Shown here piece by piece: positions 47,106 through 55,876 of a DNA stretch of 64,000 bases. The notes beneath the pieces were generated by a model, which worked only from the letters and a program-made list of their open reading frames with translations, was not told the DNA's origin and made no database searches. Both the position numbers and the translations under genes were made by a program. The stretch comes from Nanobdellota archaeon (GTDB lineage: Archaea; Nanobdellota; Nanobdellia; Pacearchaeales; GW2011-AR1): positions 147,977 to 211,976 of the forward strand of contig JBMOLG010000010.1 in assembly GCA_049324275.1 (NCBI GenBank), read 5' to 3'. Numbering within the stretch: position 1 is the stretch's first letter; each line of letters begins with the position of its first letter.

Positions 47106-47558
47106 ATGGAAAATCAAGAAAGAAATACGTTGATATTTTTCATTTTTACAGTCTTAATTTTTCTTGCAAATCTTTTATTGTTCATTAATTCTGAAATCAT
47201 ATCATTTTTTACTTCTGTCTTGCTTTTAATTGGATTTGTTTTTACAATGACAAATGCAATAAAAATATTTGACGAGAGAGAAATCATATTCTCATTATTT
47301 GGTGCACTTATTTTAATATTTATTATAGGCTATATCTTTTTGTTTTCGCTCGGGATGCTTGGGGCAAAGCAAATTTTCCAACTCATCTTATTAATATCGT
47401 TGTTAATTATCACTTCAACTATTGTCAGCATCAGAGCAGTTGTTAAAAAAATCTATTTCTTCGGAATAATATCCTTAATTGTTTCAATAATTGTGGGTAT
47501 TATTACATTTGTCATAATCAATTCTTTTATCATGACTTTGTCTTTCCGGCCCATATAA
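47106..47558 (+). CDS. Polytopic membrane protein
   Basis: 150 aa, four or five hydrophobic helices. A TATA-like box lies about 20 nt upstream. Confidence 0.5.
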   Translation: MENQERNTLIFFIFTVLIFLANLLLFINSEIISFFTSVLLLIGFVFTMTNAIKIFDEREIIFSLFGALILIFIIGYIFLFSLGMLGAKQIFQLILLISLLIITSTIVSIRAVVKKIYFFGIISLIVSIIVGIITFVIINSFIMTLSFRPI

Positions 47559-47684
47559 TTTTCATTATCTATAGTGAGGCATAAATAATTAAACATACTT
47601 GCAGTCTTTCCCTTTATATCAAAGGTTATCTGAACCTTTGTTATAACTAACACAGATTTAAAAGATTAGAATCTTTTTAATAAA

Positions 47685-47966
47685 ATGGAAAAAGATAGAA
47701 TTATCGCATTGTTCTTTTTTGGGCTATCAATATTAATTTTTGCTTTTTATAAATTTGTTATAAAAAATGTTCAATTGACTTATTTAAAAGATTCTTTTTC
47801 AATTTTCTTATTTATTTCAGGATTTGGCTTATCTCTTCTATCGTCTTATTACAGCATTAAATTAATTAAAATGAACTTTTCATGGATTATTGTTTTTGTA
47901 TTTGATATATTATTTTCGCTAATTTATGCCTGGCTTTTGTTTATTATGCTTTTGCCAAATATCTAA
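47685..47966 (+). CDS. Small three-TM membrane protein
   Basis: 93-aa hydrophobic ORF. Confidence 0.45.
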   Translation: MEKDRIIALFFFGLSILIFAFYKFVIKNVQLTYLKDSFSIFLFISGFGLSLLSSYYSIKLIKMNFSWIIVFVFDILFSLIYAWLLFIMLLPNI

Positions 47967-48009
47967 TTTGGAATTTGTTATAAAACATAAGAATATTACA
48001 TTATAGAAA

Positions 48010-48678
48010 TTAAATCTTTCTTTTAAGTATCCTATTAATCAGATTTGGATAAACTATTCTTGTGCTAAAATATGCTATGTTATCATTAGAAAGAATTGCA
48101 GAATCTTGCGACAAATCATGCAAAAATATTGGCACAATGCATGCTGCATTTTTATGGTCTGAATATTTTTTGTCACTCGGCAAATATATTGGCAGGTTAT
48201 GAATTCCTTGTTCAGATAAGAATGTTCCATAGTCTTGAGCATGTTCTCCAAAAATATATATAGTGCGAGGATCTTCTGAAAAATTACAGCTTGGAATTTT
48301 TAATGGATCTTGGCCAGATGTGCCTAAAAAAATTGAATCTTTTAATGTTTGTTCAATTTCTTTTTCTGTTATTAAATGCTGTTCATTATTCCTATTTGCT
48401 TCAACAGCAGGATTAGCATTTCTTACTAAAAAATCAGAATTTGATAAATAGACCTCTTTATTCGGATTCACAATAAAATAATTGCTTACAAAATGAGGAT
48501 CATTTATCCAAACAAATTCTGAACCTTTAGCCATTCTCCAAACAGCACAATCTTCTAATGATGCTATTCTTCCGCCTAATTTTTTAGATTCTTGTTTAGC
48601 CAAATCAAAAGGACTGTATAATCCTGAAACTTTTCCTTCATAAAAACTTTTATTTGAAATTCTTTTTTGTTTTTCCAT
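48010..48678 (-). CDS. Hypothetical cytoplasmic protein (orphan)
   Basis: 222-aa ORF whose ATG lies 20 nt downstream of a TATA-like box with the conserved upstream element. 'AKQESKKLGGRIASLEDCAVWR' weakly recalls the 'GGRLPTxxE' motif of lectin-fold (FGE/DUF1566) domains. Confidence 0.5.
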   Translation of the reverse strand: MEKQKRISNKSFYEGKVSGLYSPFDLAKQESKKLGGRIASLEDCAVWRMAKGSEFVWINDPHFVSNYFIVNPNKEVYLSNSDFLVRNANPAVEANRNNEQHLITEKEIEQTLKDSIFLGTSGQDPLKIPSCNFSEDPRTIYIFGEHAQDYGTFLSEQGIHNLPIYLPSDKKYSDHKNAACIVPIFLHDLSQDSAILSNDNIAYFSTRIVYPNLINRILKRKI

Positions 48679-48698
48679 ATTTAAATAAGATAATTTGA

Positions 48699-48735
48699 AT
48701 TTATAAATCTTTCTATTTGTTATTACTATAAAGTT
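48699..48735 (-). promoter_or_regulatory. TATA-like box plus conserved upstream element
   Basis: Plus strand 'atttataaatctttctatttgttattactataaagtt'. The TATA box ends 20 nt from the CAT at 48676-48678. Confidence 0.55.
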
Positions 48736-48799
48736 ATCAATTTTTTATGAATTCTTTCTAGAAACGAAGAAATAAAAACCCATTTTCCCTAAAATAAAA

Positions 48800-49699
48800 A
48801 TGGATAAAGTAAAAATAATCTTTTTGGGAACAGGCTCGAGCATCCCGACTAAAAAGCGAAGTCATCCTGCAGTCTTGTTTCAATTTAAGGATGAAAATAT
48901 TTTGATTGATTGCGGTGAAGGAACGCAGAGGCAATTCAGAATTGGAAATCTAAATCCATGCAAACTTACACGAATCTTAATTACTCATTGGCACGGAGAC
49001 CATGTATTGGGCCTGCCGGGGTTGCTTCAAACTCTTGCATTAAATGGATATAATAAGACCCTCGAAATTTACGGTCCTGAAACTTCTAAAAAAATGATTG
49101 ACTTATATCAAAAATTATTTGTCCATGAGGAAAAAATTTCTATCAGTTGCCATGATATTTCCGGAAAATTTTTCGAAACCGAAGATTTTTACATTGAAGC
49201 TGAAAAAATGGCTCACAATGTTCCTTCGTTGGCATATTCATTAATTTTAAAAGGCAGAACAAGGCTTGACAAAGATAAATTGAATAAGCTGAATCTTCAA
49301 AAATCCCCTTTGATTGGAGAACTTAAAAAAGGAAAGACAATAAAACTTAATGGAAAAAAAATTTGCGGGAAGAATTTAATTTTCAAAGAGCCTGAAAGGA
49401 AAGTAACTTTGATTTTGGATACAGTATACAATGCAAACTGCAAGAAGATTGCGAAAAATTCGGATTTATTAATTTGTGAATCGAGCTATTCTGCAGATGA
49501 AAAGGAATTGGCAAAAGAGCGTTTTCATCTGACTTCTGAACAAGCTGGAAAGATTGCAAAGGAATCCAAGTCAAAGAAATTAATCTTAACTCACCTTTCG
49601 CAAAGATATGACGCTAATTCTCAAATAATTTTAGAACAGGCAAAGAAAATTTTTTCAAATACAATTTTAGCCAATGATTTTGATGAGATTGAAATTTAA
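48800..49699 (+). CDS. rnz: Ribonuclease Z (tRNA 3' endonuclease)
   Basis: 'IIFLGTGSSIPT', 'ILIDCGEGTQRQ', and the metallo-beta-lactamase motif 'ITHWHGDHVLGLPGLL'. Length 299 aa. Confidence 0.88.
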   Translation: MDKVKIIFLGTGSSIPTKKRSHPAVLFQFKDENILIDCGEGTQRQFRIGNLNPCKLTRILITHWHGDHVLGLPGLLQTLALNGYNKTLEIYGPETSKKMIDLYQKLFVHEEKISISCHDISGKFFETEDFYIEAEKMAHNVPSLAYSLILKGRTRLDKDKLNKLNLQKSPLIGELKKGKTIKLNGKKICGKNLIFKEPERKVTLILDTVYNANCKKIAKNSDLLICESSYSADEKELAKERFHLTSEQAGKIAKESKSKKLILTHLSQRYDANSQIILEQAKKIFSNTILANDFDEIEI

Positions 49700-49714
49700 T
49701 ATAACCGAGGAACA

Positions 49715-50023
49715 TTAGTCTATTTGTTTGATTTGATTTTCTAATCTTTCTAAACTTGAATAAGATAAGTAAGGTTTTTTATTTCTTTGATTCATAAACG
49801 AATCTGTCCAAAGATGATCTTCTGAACCATGTTTTTCATATATTGTTATTGTTTCATTTACTTTAATGTCTGTTTCTCCGTAAAATTGTATTTTTTCTTC
49901 TCCATTAAAAGTCCTTAATGTGAATGTATAAATTTTTCTAGGATCATTTTTTCCAGGAATTAGAGAACGTGATTCTATCTTGCAAATCTTTCCATCATAA
50001 GGCAAAAATAAATCTTTTTTCAT
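49715..50023 (-). CDS. Hypothetical protein
   Basis: I prefer the ATG at 50023 ('MKKDLFLPYDG') to the track's TTG at 50035. A TATA-like box 'tatataaaaa' (50048-50057) lies 24 nt upstream. Confidence 0.45.
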   Translation of the reverse strand: MKKDLFLPYDGKICKIESRSLIPGKNDPRKIYTFTLRTFNGEEKIQFYGETDIKVNETITIYEKHGSEDHLWTDSFMNQRNKKPYLSYSSLERLENQIKQID

Positions 50024-50174
50024 GCAATCCCTCAAGAGACTGAGGAGTATATAAAAACTCTGTTAATAAAAAATATATTTTTCTTTATTAATTTCTCTTT
50101 TGTCATTGGATCCCAGCTTCAGCTAAATAAAAATCTTAAAGAATTTTGCCCCTGCGAAATAAATTGGCAAACGC

Positions 50175-50420
50175 TTATTCTTTTCCAGCAGATGAAGGAG
50201 AAATGAAAATTATTGTATCTCCTCTTAAGAAAGTCAAGCCGTAGTTCTTTGTTTGTTCTCCGTTTTCAATTTCCTTGGCATTGTCCAAAACCACATTTAT
50301 GTGGATGTCAAAGGCCAATAAAGTCCCTACAAATTGCTTGTTGTTCTTCAGCTGTATTAAAATTTCTTTCCCTTTTGCTGCATTAAGCAAATCCAATGGT
50401 CTTTCGATTCCATTAACCAT
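50175..50420 (-). CDS. Sm-like (LSm/SmAP) RNA-binding protein
   Basis: Sm1 'ILIQLKNNKQFVGTLLAFDIHINVVLDNAKE' and Sm2 'LRGDTIIFISP'. Confidence 0.85.
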   Translation of the reverse strand: MVNGIERPLDLLNAAKGKEILIQLKNNKQFVGTLLAFDIHINVVLDNAKEIENGEQTKNYGLTFLRGDTIIFISPSSAGKE

Positions 50421-50581
50421 AATCTAAATTATATTAAATGCTTTTTAAACTTTTTTGCACTATTCCGGCTATATTAAATGCTTTTTATCTCAATTTAAAA
50501 TCTTGCAGCTTTAGTTCAGGCCAACATTTTACCTGTTACAGATTTCACAAGGTTTTTATATTCAAATTTCATAAAAGACAT

Positions 50582-51544
50582 ATGATTAAAGAGGTAATTT
50601 TAGGGGTATTTAATAATCCGATCTATCTTTTATCTTCTATTCTAATAATAGGGGTTTTGTTATCATTAATTTTAACCTTAATTAAGTTTAGAAATAAAGA
50701 ATCTGAACCTGAAAATGAAAATTTAATCTTTTTGGAAGATGTTAAGAGAATCTCTGATTCAAAAGAAGAATTAAAAATTAAATTAAATGCATTAAGCAAT
50801 CTAGCTAAAAATTTTTTCAATAAAGAGTTTCAATCAGAAAGCAATGCGGGATTTTCAGAATTAATTAATTTTTTTAAAAAATCCAAAAATCATGAATGCG
50901 CCTCTTTTTGTGAATCTATGCTTATTACTTATTATATTGAAGAAGACCTGACGAATGAGCGTTTTGCTTCATTGGTTTCTGAACTTTCAAAAATAATCGA
51001 GAAGAAAATTCCCAAAAAGAAAAATAAGAAAAAAAATTTCTCATTTCAAAACCTTAAATTCAACTTCCATAAAGAGCCTGTTCAGGTAAATGAATTTTAT
51101 AAAAGCAGTTCTTCCAAAACAGGCCTTATTGATCAAATTTCAAGGATCGTTGAATTTAAAGATGAACTTGAGGAAATAAAAAAATCTATGCTCTCAAATA
51201 AAAAAATAAAAAATATCCTCGAAAGGGATTTTATAAATGAAGATTTTTACAGAACTTTAAGGGAAGATCATGAAATTCAGAATGAATCTAGGAAGCTTGC
51301 TTATCTTTTGGAAAAATTATACAAGGATTTGAACATTCTATATCAAACTATCTATAAACAGGCAAATGAGCACCAAAAAACACAATTTGAATATATAATC
51401 AAACAATGGTATAAAGAACAAAAAAATTTGTCTGCTTGCATAAAAAATCCCTTGAAAAAACAAATAAAAGAGTCTGAATTATTTTCCAAATATCTTTTGA
51501 AAATTATCTCAATTTCGAGAGTTTTGATTGAAGGGCAAAAATGA
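50582..51544 (+). CDS. Hypothetical N-terminally anchored protein
   Basis: I prefer the ATG at 50582 ('MIKEVILGVF...') because the TATA-like box 'tttttatat' ends exactly 20 nt upstream. One TM helix is followed by a K/E-rich helical region. The stop overlaps the next start (ATGA). Confidence 0.5.
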   Translation: MIKEVILGVFNNPIYLLSSILIIGVLLSLILTLIKFRNKESEPENENLIFLEDVKRISDSKEELKIKLNALSNLAKNFFNKEFQSESNAGFSELINFFKKSKNHECASFCESMLITYYIEEDLTNERFASLVSELSKIIEKKIPKKKNKKKNFSFQNLKFNFHKEPVQVNEFYKSSSSKTGLIDQISRIVEFKDELEEIKKSMLSNKKIKNILERDFINEDFYRTLREDHEIQNESRKLAYLLEKLYKDLNILYQTIYKQANEHQKTQFEYIIKQWYKEQKNLSACIKNPLKKQIKESELFSKYLLKIISISRVLIEGQK

Positions 51545-52647
51545 ATCCAAAGAAGCTTATATTCTTCATAATCTTATTTTTAGTTTTTATTTTAGCCTAT
51601 TTTTTCTTTATAGGAACTACTCCAGAAGAGCCCTCATGCATAGATTTAAATTATGTCATAAAATTGGATTATGATGCATGTTATTTTAATGATAGCATAA
51701 TTCTTTCAATAAAAAGATATAGCGACAATTATCCTATAAATCAGATTGAAGCTTATGTGAAAGAAGGCAGTTCTATTAATGAATTTGTTTTTAATACAAT
51801 TCCTGGGCCAAATAAAACAGAATATTATAAAATCCCTGCTCAGAAAAATCCTCATGAATTTAATGTTAAGCTTGGTTTAGGACCGGTTGAATTAAAAGAA
51901 ATATGCCGTGAGGTTAATCTTAAAACAATACTCGTAAACGAATGCAATAACACTTTGATAAGGCCAATTTTAAACCTAAGCAATAATCATGTTCAAACAA
52001 ATCAAGGACGCATTAATCCGACTACAGAGGATTCATTCGAATTCAATATCTCGACTAATTTAGAAACGAACTGCAGTTCTGATTGGAATTGCTCTGATTG
52101 GGATGAATGTATTGACAGTGTTCAAAGAAGAAAATGTGTGGATAATAAAAATTGTTTTCTCGTTGCCAATGTTCCTGATACTGTCAGGTCTTGCATTAAA
52201 GAAGAGCAATGCAATGAAAATTGGGAGTGTAAATGGTCTGCTTGCATTAATGGATATTCCATTCCTAAATGTGTGGACAAAAATAATTGCAAGACTGAAT
52301 TCAGAAAACCAACAAAATTGAGATGCGTTGAAATTTCAGAATGCGCCCCAGATATGGAATGTTCGGAATGGGGCAATTGTAATGTTGATTATAATTTTGA
52401 AAATTTAGTTTTTGGCATTGAAAAGACTATGGGTCTTAGGTCAAGGATTTGCAAGGATAAAAATAAATGCATTGCTGATGTTTATGAATCTCAGGACTGT
52501 TTTGTCAGCCTAGATATTTATACAAAAGTTCTTTCTGTAAATGGCAAAAACTATCTTGAAGTATACAATAAATTAGATAATAAACTAATTGCAAGAATTG
52601 CCCTGCCTGAAGAGGGAGAATATTCTTTTGATATCAATTTATTCTGA
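51541..52647 (+). CDS. Secreted/anchored protein with three Cys/Trp-rich repeats
   Basis: N-terminal hydrophobic anchor. Residues encoded by 52072-52500 hold three repeats of roughly C-x3-[WM]-x-C-x2-W-x2-C ... [RK]-x-C-x-D-x-N-x-C. Confidence 0.6.
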   Translation: MNPKKLIFFIILFLVFILAYFFFIGTTPEEPSCIDLNYVIKLDYDACYFNDSIILSIKRYSDNYPINQIEAYVKEGSSINEFVFNTIPGPNKTEYYKIPAQKNPHEFNVKLGLGPVELKEICREVNLKTILVNECNNTLIRPILNLSNNHVQTNQGRINPTTEDSFEFNISTNLETNCSSDWNCSDWDECIDSVQRRKCVDNKNCFLVANVPDTVRSCIKEEQCNENWECKWSACINGYSIPKCVDKNNCKTEFRKPTKLRCVEISECAPDMECSEWGNCNVDYNFENLVFGIEKTMGLRSRICKDKNKCIADVYESQDCFVSLDIYTKVLSVNGKNYLEVYNKLDNKLIARIALPEEGEYSFDINLF

Positions 52648-52794
52648 TTTTTAATTTTGTAATTACTATTAAGATATAACATGATAGAAAGATTTTTATA
52701 TTCTCCTTTCGCCTTTGGGATTATAGAGAATTTTGCATTTTTTTAAAATTCTTTAAGAAGAGCTTGGAAATAAAATTTCAAAATTTATACTGAA

Positions 52795-54207
52795 ATGAAA
52801 TTGCAATATGAAGAATTAAAATTAGGAGAAAAGGCAAAAGAAGCTTTTTTGGCAGGCAGAAGTTCCGATTATATCAAAAAAGAATGCCCGGCATATCTTA
52901 ATACTAATCCTGTTTTTGCAGGTTTGAATGTAACTGATTTGGTCATTGCCGGCATTTTATCCGGAATGAACATCTTGCTGGTCGGAAACACTGGTTGCGG
53001 AAAGTCTCAGCTTGCACGGGACATACATAATTATTATTTTAATGGGAATAAATTTGAAGGCGGTGAAAGTTTGACTATTGAAGGGCATCCTGAATTAGAC
53101 ATTTACAGGGATGTACTTACATATGTTGATTTAAAAGAAGGAAAACGAGTTTTAAATAATGCACATCAATCTTTGTTTTGGAATATTGAAGAATTTAACC
53201 GATGCCCCCCTATTTCACAAAATCAATGGTTTGCGGTTGGAAACGGCAGATTAATCCATCAAGGGCAATCTGTTAATATTGGAAGAAATGGTTATGTAAC
53301 ATCGATAGCTACTGCAAATTATGGAAACGGAGAATTTAGAGGAACTTTTGAGGTTGATAAAGCGCTTGAAAATAGATTTGGATTAATCCTTGATTTGGAT
53401 CATTCGCAATTTCAGCCAACAAAAGAAGACAGAATCATCATGGATATGCTAAGATCTGCTTATTCTGGAATTCATGAGGCTCCAAAGCATAATTTATCTG
53501 ATAAAATAATGCATGCAAATGAAAAAATTTCAGAAATGACATTGGATATTGGATTAGAAGCGTTAGCAGTATTAAATTATTTGAAATTTGGATTAGAAAA
53601 CTGCCCCGGAAAAGATGAAAATGAAATGCCTCATTCAAAAGGTAAATCTTGGCCTATAACTTGCCAGGACTGCCCGAGAAATAGTAATAATGATTTCCTT
53701 TGTTCTTTAATAAATGCTCCTGTCCAGAGAACATTGCAATCTACGGTAAGATATGCGTCTGCATTATTTTATCTTGCAAAATTGAAAAATGAAGATTTAG
53801 AAGTGAATGCTGTTGACTTAATGTTCAAATCTTTTGAATTGGTTTCTACATATCAGAATGTTCTTAATCCTGCTATTCTGAAATCAGAATATCTTGATCA
53901 GCCACAGGAGATGATGAAAAAAGTTTGTGAAAGATTAAAAACAGATTTTAAAACAAATGAAAATTTTATCATGACTTCATTGGATGAAGCTTCAAAAGGG
54001 AATAAATGTATTGATTATTTTGAATTCACAGATGAGAAAGGAGAGAAAATGTTTTCTTTGGGCTATAGTAAATTAGATGGAAAAATTAGAAATCGGGTAA
54101 CGCCATTGAATCCTTTTACAAATGCAGGTCCTATTGGACTTGAATGGGTCCTAAATTTTATTGATACTGAAATAAAAATCGGAAATTTAAGGAAAAATGC
54201 TAAATAG
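52795..54207 (+). CDS. Divergent MoxR/AAA_5-like AAA+ ATPase with a C-terminal extension and a 4-Cys cluster
   Basis: Walker A 'LLVGNTGCGKSQLARDI', Walker B region 'LFWNIEEFNRCPPISQNQ', and 'SIATANYGNGEFRGTFEVDKALENRF'. The extension contains 'ENCPG...ITCQDCPRNSNNDFLCS'. Confidence 0.75.
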   Translation: MKLQYEELKLGEKAKEAFLAGRSSDYIKKECPAYLNTNPVFAGLNVTDLVIAGILSGMNILLVGNTGCGKSQLARDIHNYYFNGNKFEGGESLTIEGHPELDIYRDVLTYVDLKEGKRVLNNAHQSLFWNIEEFNRCPPISQNQWFAVGNGRLIHQGQSVNIGRNGYVTSIATANYGNGEFRGTFEVDKALENRFGLILDLDHSQFQPTKEDRIIMDMLRSAYSGIHEAPKHNLSDKIMHANEKISEMTLDIGLEALAVLNYLKFGLENCPGKDENEMPHSKGKSWPITCQDCPRNSNNDFLCSLINAPVQRTLQSTVRYASALFYLAKLKNEDLEVNAVDLMFKSFELVSTYQNVLNPAILKSEYLDQPQEMMKKVCERLKTDFKTNENFIMTSLDEASKGNKCIDYFEFTDEKGEKMFSLGYSKLDGKIRNRVTPLNPFTNAGPIGLEWVLNFIDTEIKIGNLRKNAK

Positions 54208-54673
54208 GCGGAAAGACTTGGGGAATAAACCTGGCTGGTCAAGGATTGGAAATCATTCTGATGAATTGAGGATTACTCCAAAAGAACCTAATGAGACTCC
54301 AATAATCAAGGGGCCGGTAATTGTTGAAAAATATGAATCAAAAAAACCAACTCTTGCGCTTGCATATTTAGTTAATACTGCAGTTCTTGTTCCAACCAGA
54401 AAAGAATATGAAGAATTAATGAGGGTCTATGAATGCGCGGGTTATTCATGGATTAATGGCAAATTGCCTACTCAAAGAGATGTTTGGCCAGAATATAAAG
54501 AAAAAACTTTGATACACCATGGTATTCTCCATGAATTAACTTATGAATGCCTGAAGAATCCTCCTCAATATGGCTGTATACTTTCATTAAATAAATTTTA
54601 TCAATCTTTGAATGTCAGCTCCCAAAAACTTTCTGATATTCATAATTGGTTTGAAAAAAATCAAACAAAATAA
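54197..54673 (+). CDS. A-type small protein 1 (shared N-terminal peptide; paralogue of 55394-55825)
   Basis: '...RKDLGNKPGWSRIGNHSDEL' then 'EYEELMRVYECAGYSWINGKLPTQ' and the C-terminus 'IHNWFEKNQTK'. The start overlaps the ATPase stop by 11 nt. Confidence 0.55.
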   Translation: MLNRRKDLGNKPGWSRIGNHSDELRITPKEPNETPIIKGPVIVEKYESKKPTLALAYLVNTAVLVPTRKEYEELMRVYECAGYSWINGKLPTQRDVWPEYKEKTLIHHGILHELTYECLKNPPQYGCILSLNKFYQSLNVSSQKLSDIHNWFEKNQTK

Positions 54674-54724
54674 AATGAATATACAAAGTTTAGGAGATTC
54701 AAAAGAACAAAACTGGAACAGAAT
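54647..54724 (+). repeat. 78-nt junction repeat, copy 1 (A-gene 3' end / B-gene 5' end)
   Basis: Aligns without gaps to 55799-55876. By my own count, 73 of 78 positions are identical and the first 57 nt differ at one base. Confidence 0.9.
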
Positions 54725-55397
54725 TGAAGATTTTTCCGACGAGTTAAATAAAAGACTGAAATTAAATAGAACACAAGAAACTAGAACAGAAGAATCAATC
54801 CCAAAAAATCCACAAGAACTTGAAGGATTCATCTATATTCCTTCAATTAATTTATATGTCGCAAAAGAAAGAAGCTTAAATGGAAAGAATTGGAATGAGG
54901 CACATGAAGAACTTCAAAAACAAGGAAACCGAATGCTGATAATTCCTGAATTCTGGAAATTTATAGATTATCTTAAGAATGAATATCCTGACAGAGCTGA
55001 AGCACAAAAGATTTTAGAAGATATTTTCAAAGTTGGAAATTGGAGAGCCGAATGGCTCGATGCACACTTTGAAAAAAAAGGCAAAGACTTGTATGTAAAT
55101 TATTATCATGAATTTAAAAATGGAAAACTAATTCCAAAATGTTCTGAAAAACTTGAAAGTTGTTTAATGGAAGATTGTTATGCAGATTTAAATTCAATAA
55201 ATAATCAAGGATTATTAACTCAGAAATCTTCTCAAAATTATATTCTGGGACAAAACAGCTATTTTTATCATCCTAGAAACAACAAAGTCGCGAGGTTCGA
55301 TGCGGACTCTGACTGGGCTGATCTCGGTTGCTATGGGGATCGTTCTGTCTCCGATGCTGTTCTTGGGGTACGCGCTGTAAGAGAGGGATTAAGATGA
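54675..55397 (+). CDS. B-type protein 1 (shared N-terminal peptide; lectin-fold/DUF1566-like body)
   Basis: I prefer the start at 54675 ('MNIQSLGDSKEQNWNRIEDFSDEL'). The body has 'GKNWNEAHEELQKQGNRMLIIPEFW' and the C-terminus 'LGVRAVREGLR'. Confidence 0.55.
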   Translation: MNIQSLGDSKEQNWNRIEDFSDELNKRLKLNRTQETRTEESIPKNPQELEGFIYIPSINLYVAKERSLNGKNWNEAHEELQKQGNRMLIIPEFWKFIDYLKNEYPDRAEAQKILEDIFKVGNWRAEWLDAHFEKKGKDLYVNYYHEFKNGKLIPKCSEKLESCLMEDCYADLNSINNQGLLTQKSSQNYILGQNSYFYHPRNNKVARFDADSDWADLGCYGDRSVSDAVLGVRAVREGLR

Positions 55398-55825
55398 CTT
55401 CTATGTTGGGGGATTCAAACAGAAATTGGAATAAGATTAAAGATTTAACAGACAGGGTAACTAAGGAATTGATCAGAAAACCCAAAAAAAATGAATATGA
55501 AAACCCAAAACCCGAAATAAATTTACAATCTACAAAGACTGTCATTGATATTCAGAATGAAGAAGAATTTAATACATTGATGAGGATTTATGAATTTGCA
55601 GGATGGACTTGGGCCAGCGGAACTTTGCCTACTGAATTTTCTTGGACAGGACAATATATTTGCGGCAACAACAAAAAATTAACCTATATTGCAAAAAGAG
55701 ATTTTGATCTTGTAAAAATTAATCTTAGGATTATTTCAATTGAAGAATTTTATCAGCTCCAAGGCATCAAGCCTGAATTAATTACACAAATAAATGACTG
55801 GTTTGCAAAAAATCAAACAAAATAA
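55394..55825 (+). CDS. A-type small protein 2 (shared N-terminal peptide)
   Basis: ATGA overlap with the preceding stop. 'MTSMLGDSNRNWNKIKDLTDRV', 'EEFNTLMRIYEFAGWTWASGTLPTE' and the C-terminus 'INDWFAKNQTK'. Confidence 0.55.
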   Translation: MTSMLGDSNRNWNKIKDLTDRVTKELIRKPKKNEYENPKPEINLQSTKTVIDIQNEEEFNTLMRIYEFAGWTWASGTLPTEFSWTGQYICGNNKKLTYIAKRDFDLVKINLRIISIEEFYQLQGIKPELITQINDWFAKNQTK

Positions 55826-55876
55826 AATGAATATACAAAGTTTAGGAGATTCAAACAGAAAAAACTGGAACAGAAT
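55799..55876 (+). repeat. 78-nt junction repeat, copy 2
   Basis: See copy 1 (54647-54724). Confidence 0.9.

Noticed and set aside
47453-47653. 66-aa minus-strand ORF overlapping the 3' end of the membrane-protein gene 47106-47558
   Set aside because: It overlaps a plausible gene by about 105 nt, starts at a GTG, and has no TATA box at the expected distance. I treat it as spurious, with low confidence in that rejection.
50438-50581. N-terminal 48-codon extension of the 50438-51544 ORF
   Set aside because: The extension starts at a TTG, overlaps the promoter region, and runs right up to the Sm gene start. The TATA box ending 20 nt before ATG 50582 favours the shorter gene.
52658-52680. Sequence 'ttgtaattactattaagat' resembling the conserved upstream element
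   Set aside because: It has no TATA box at the fixed 10-nt distance, and there is no minus-strand gene to its left. It lies downstream of a plus-strand gene. In DNA this AT-rich, a partial match is expected by chance. A similar weak match at 14807-26 upstream of pyrC has different spacing.
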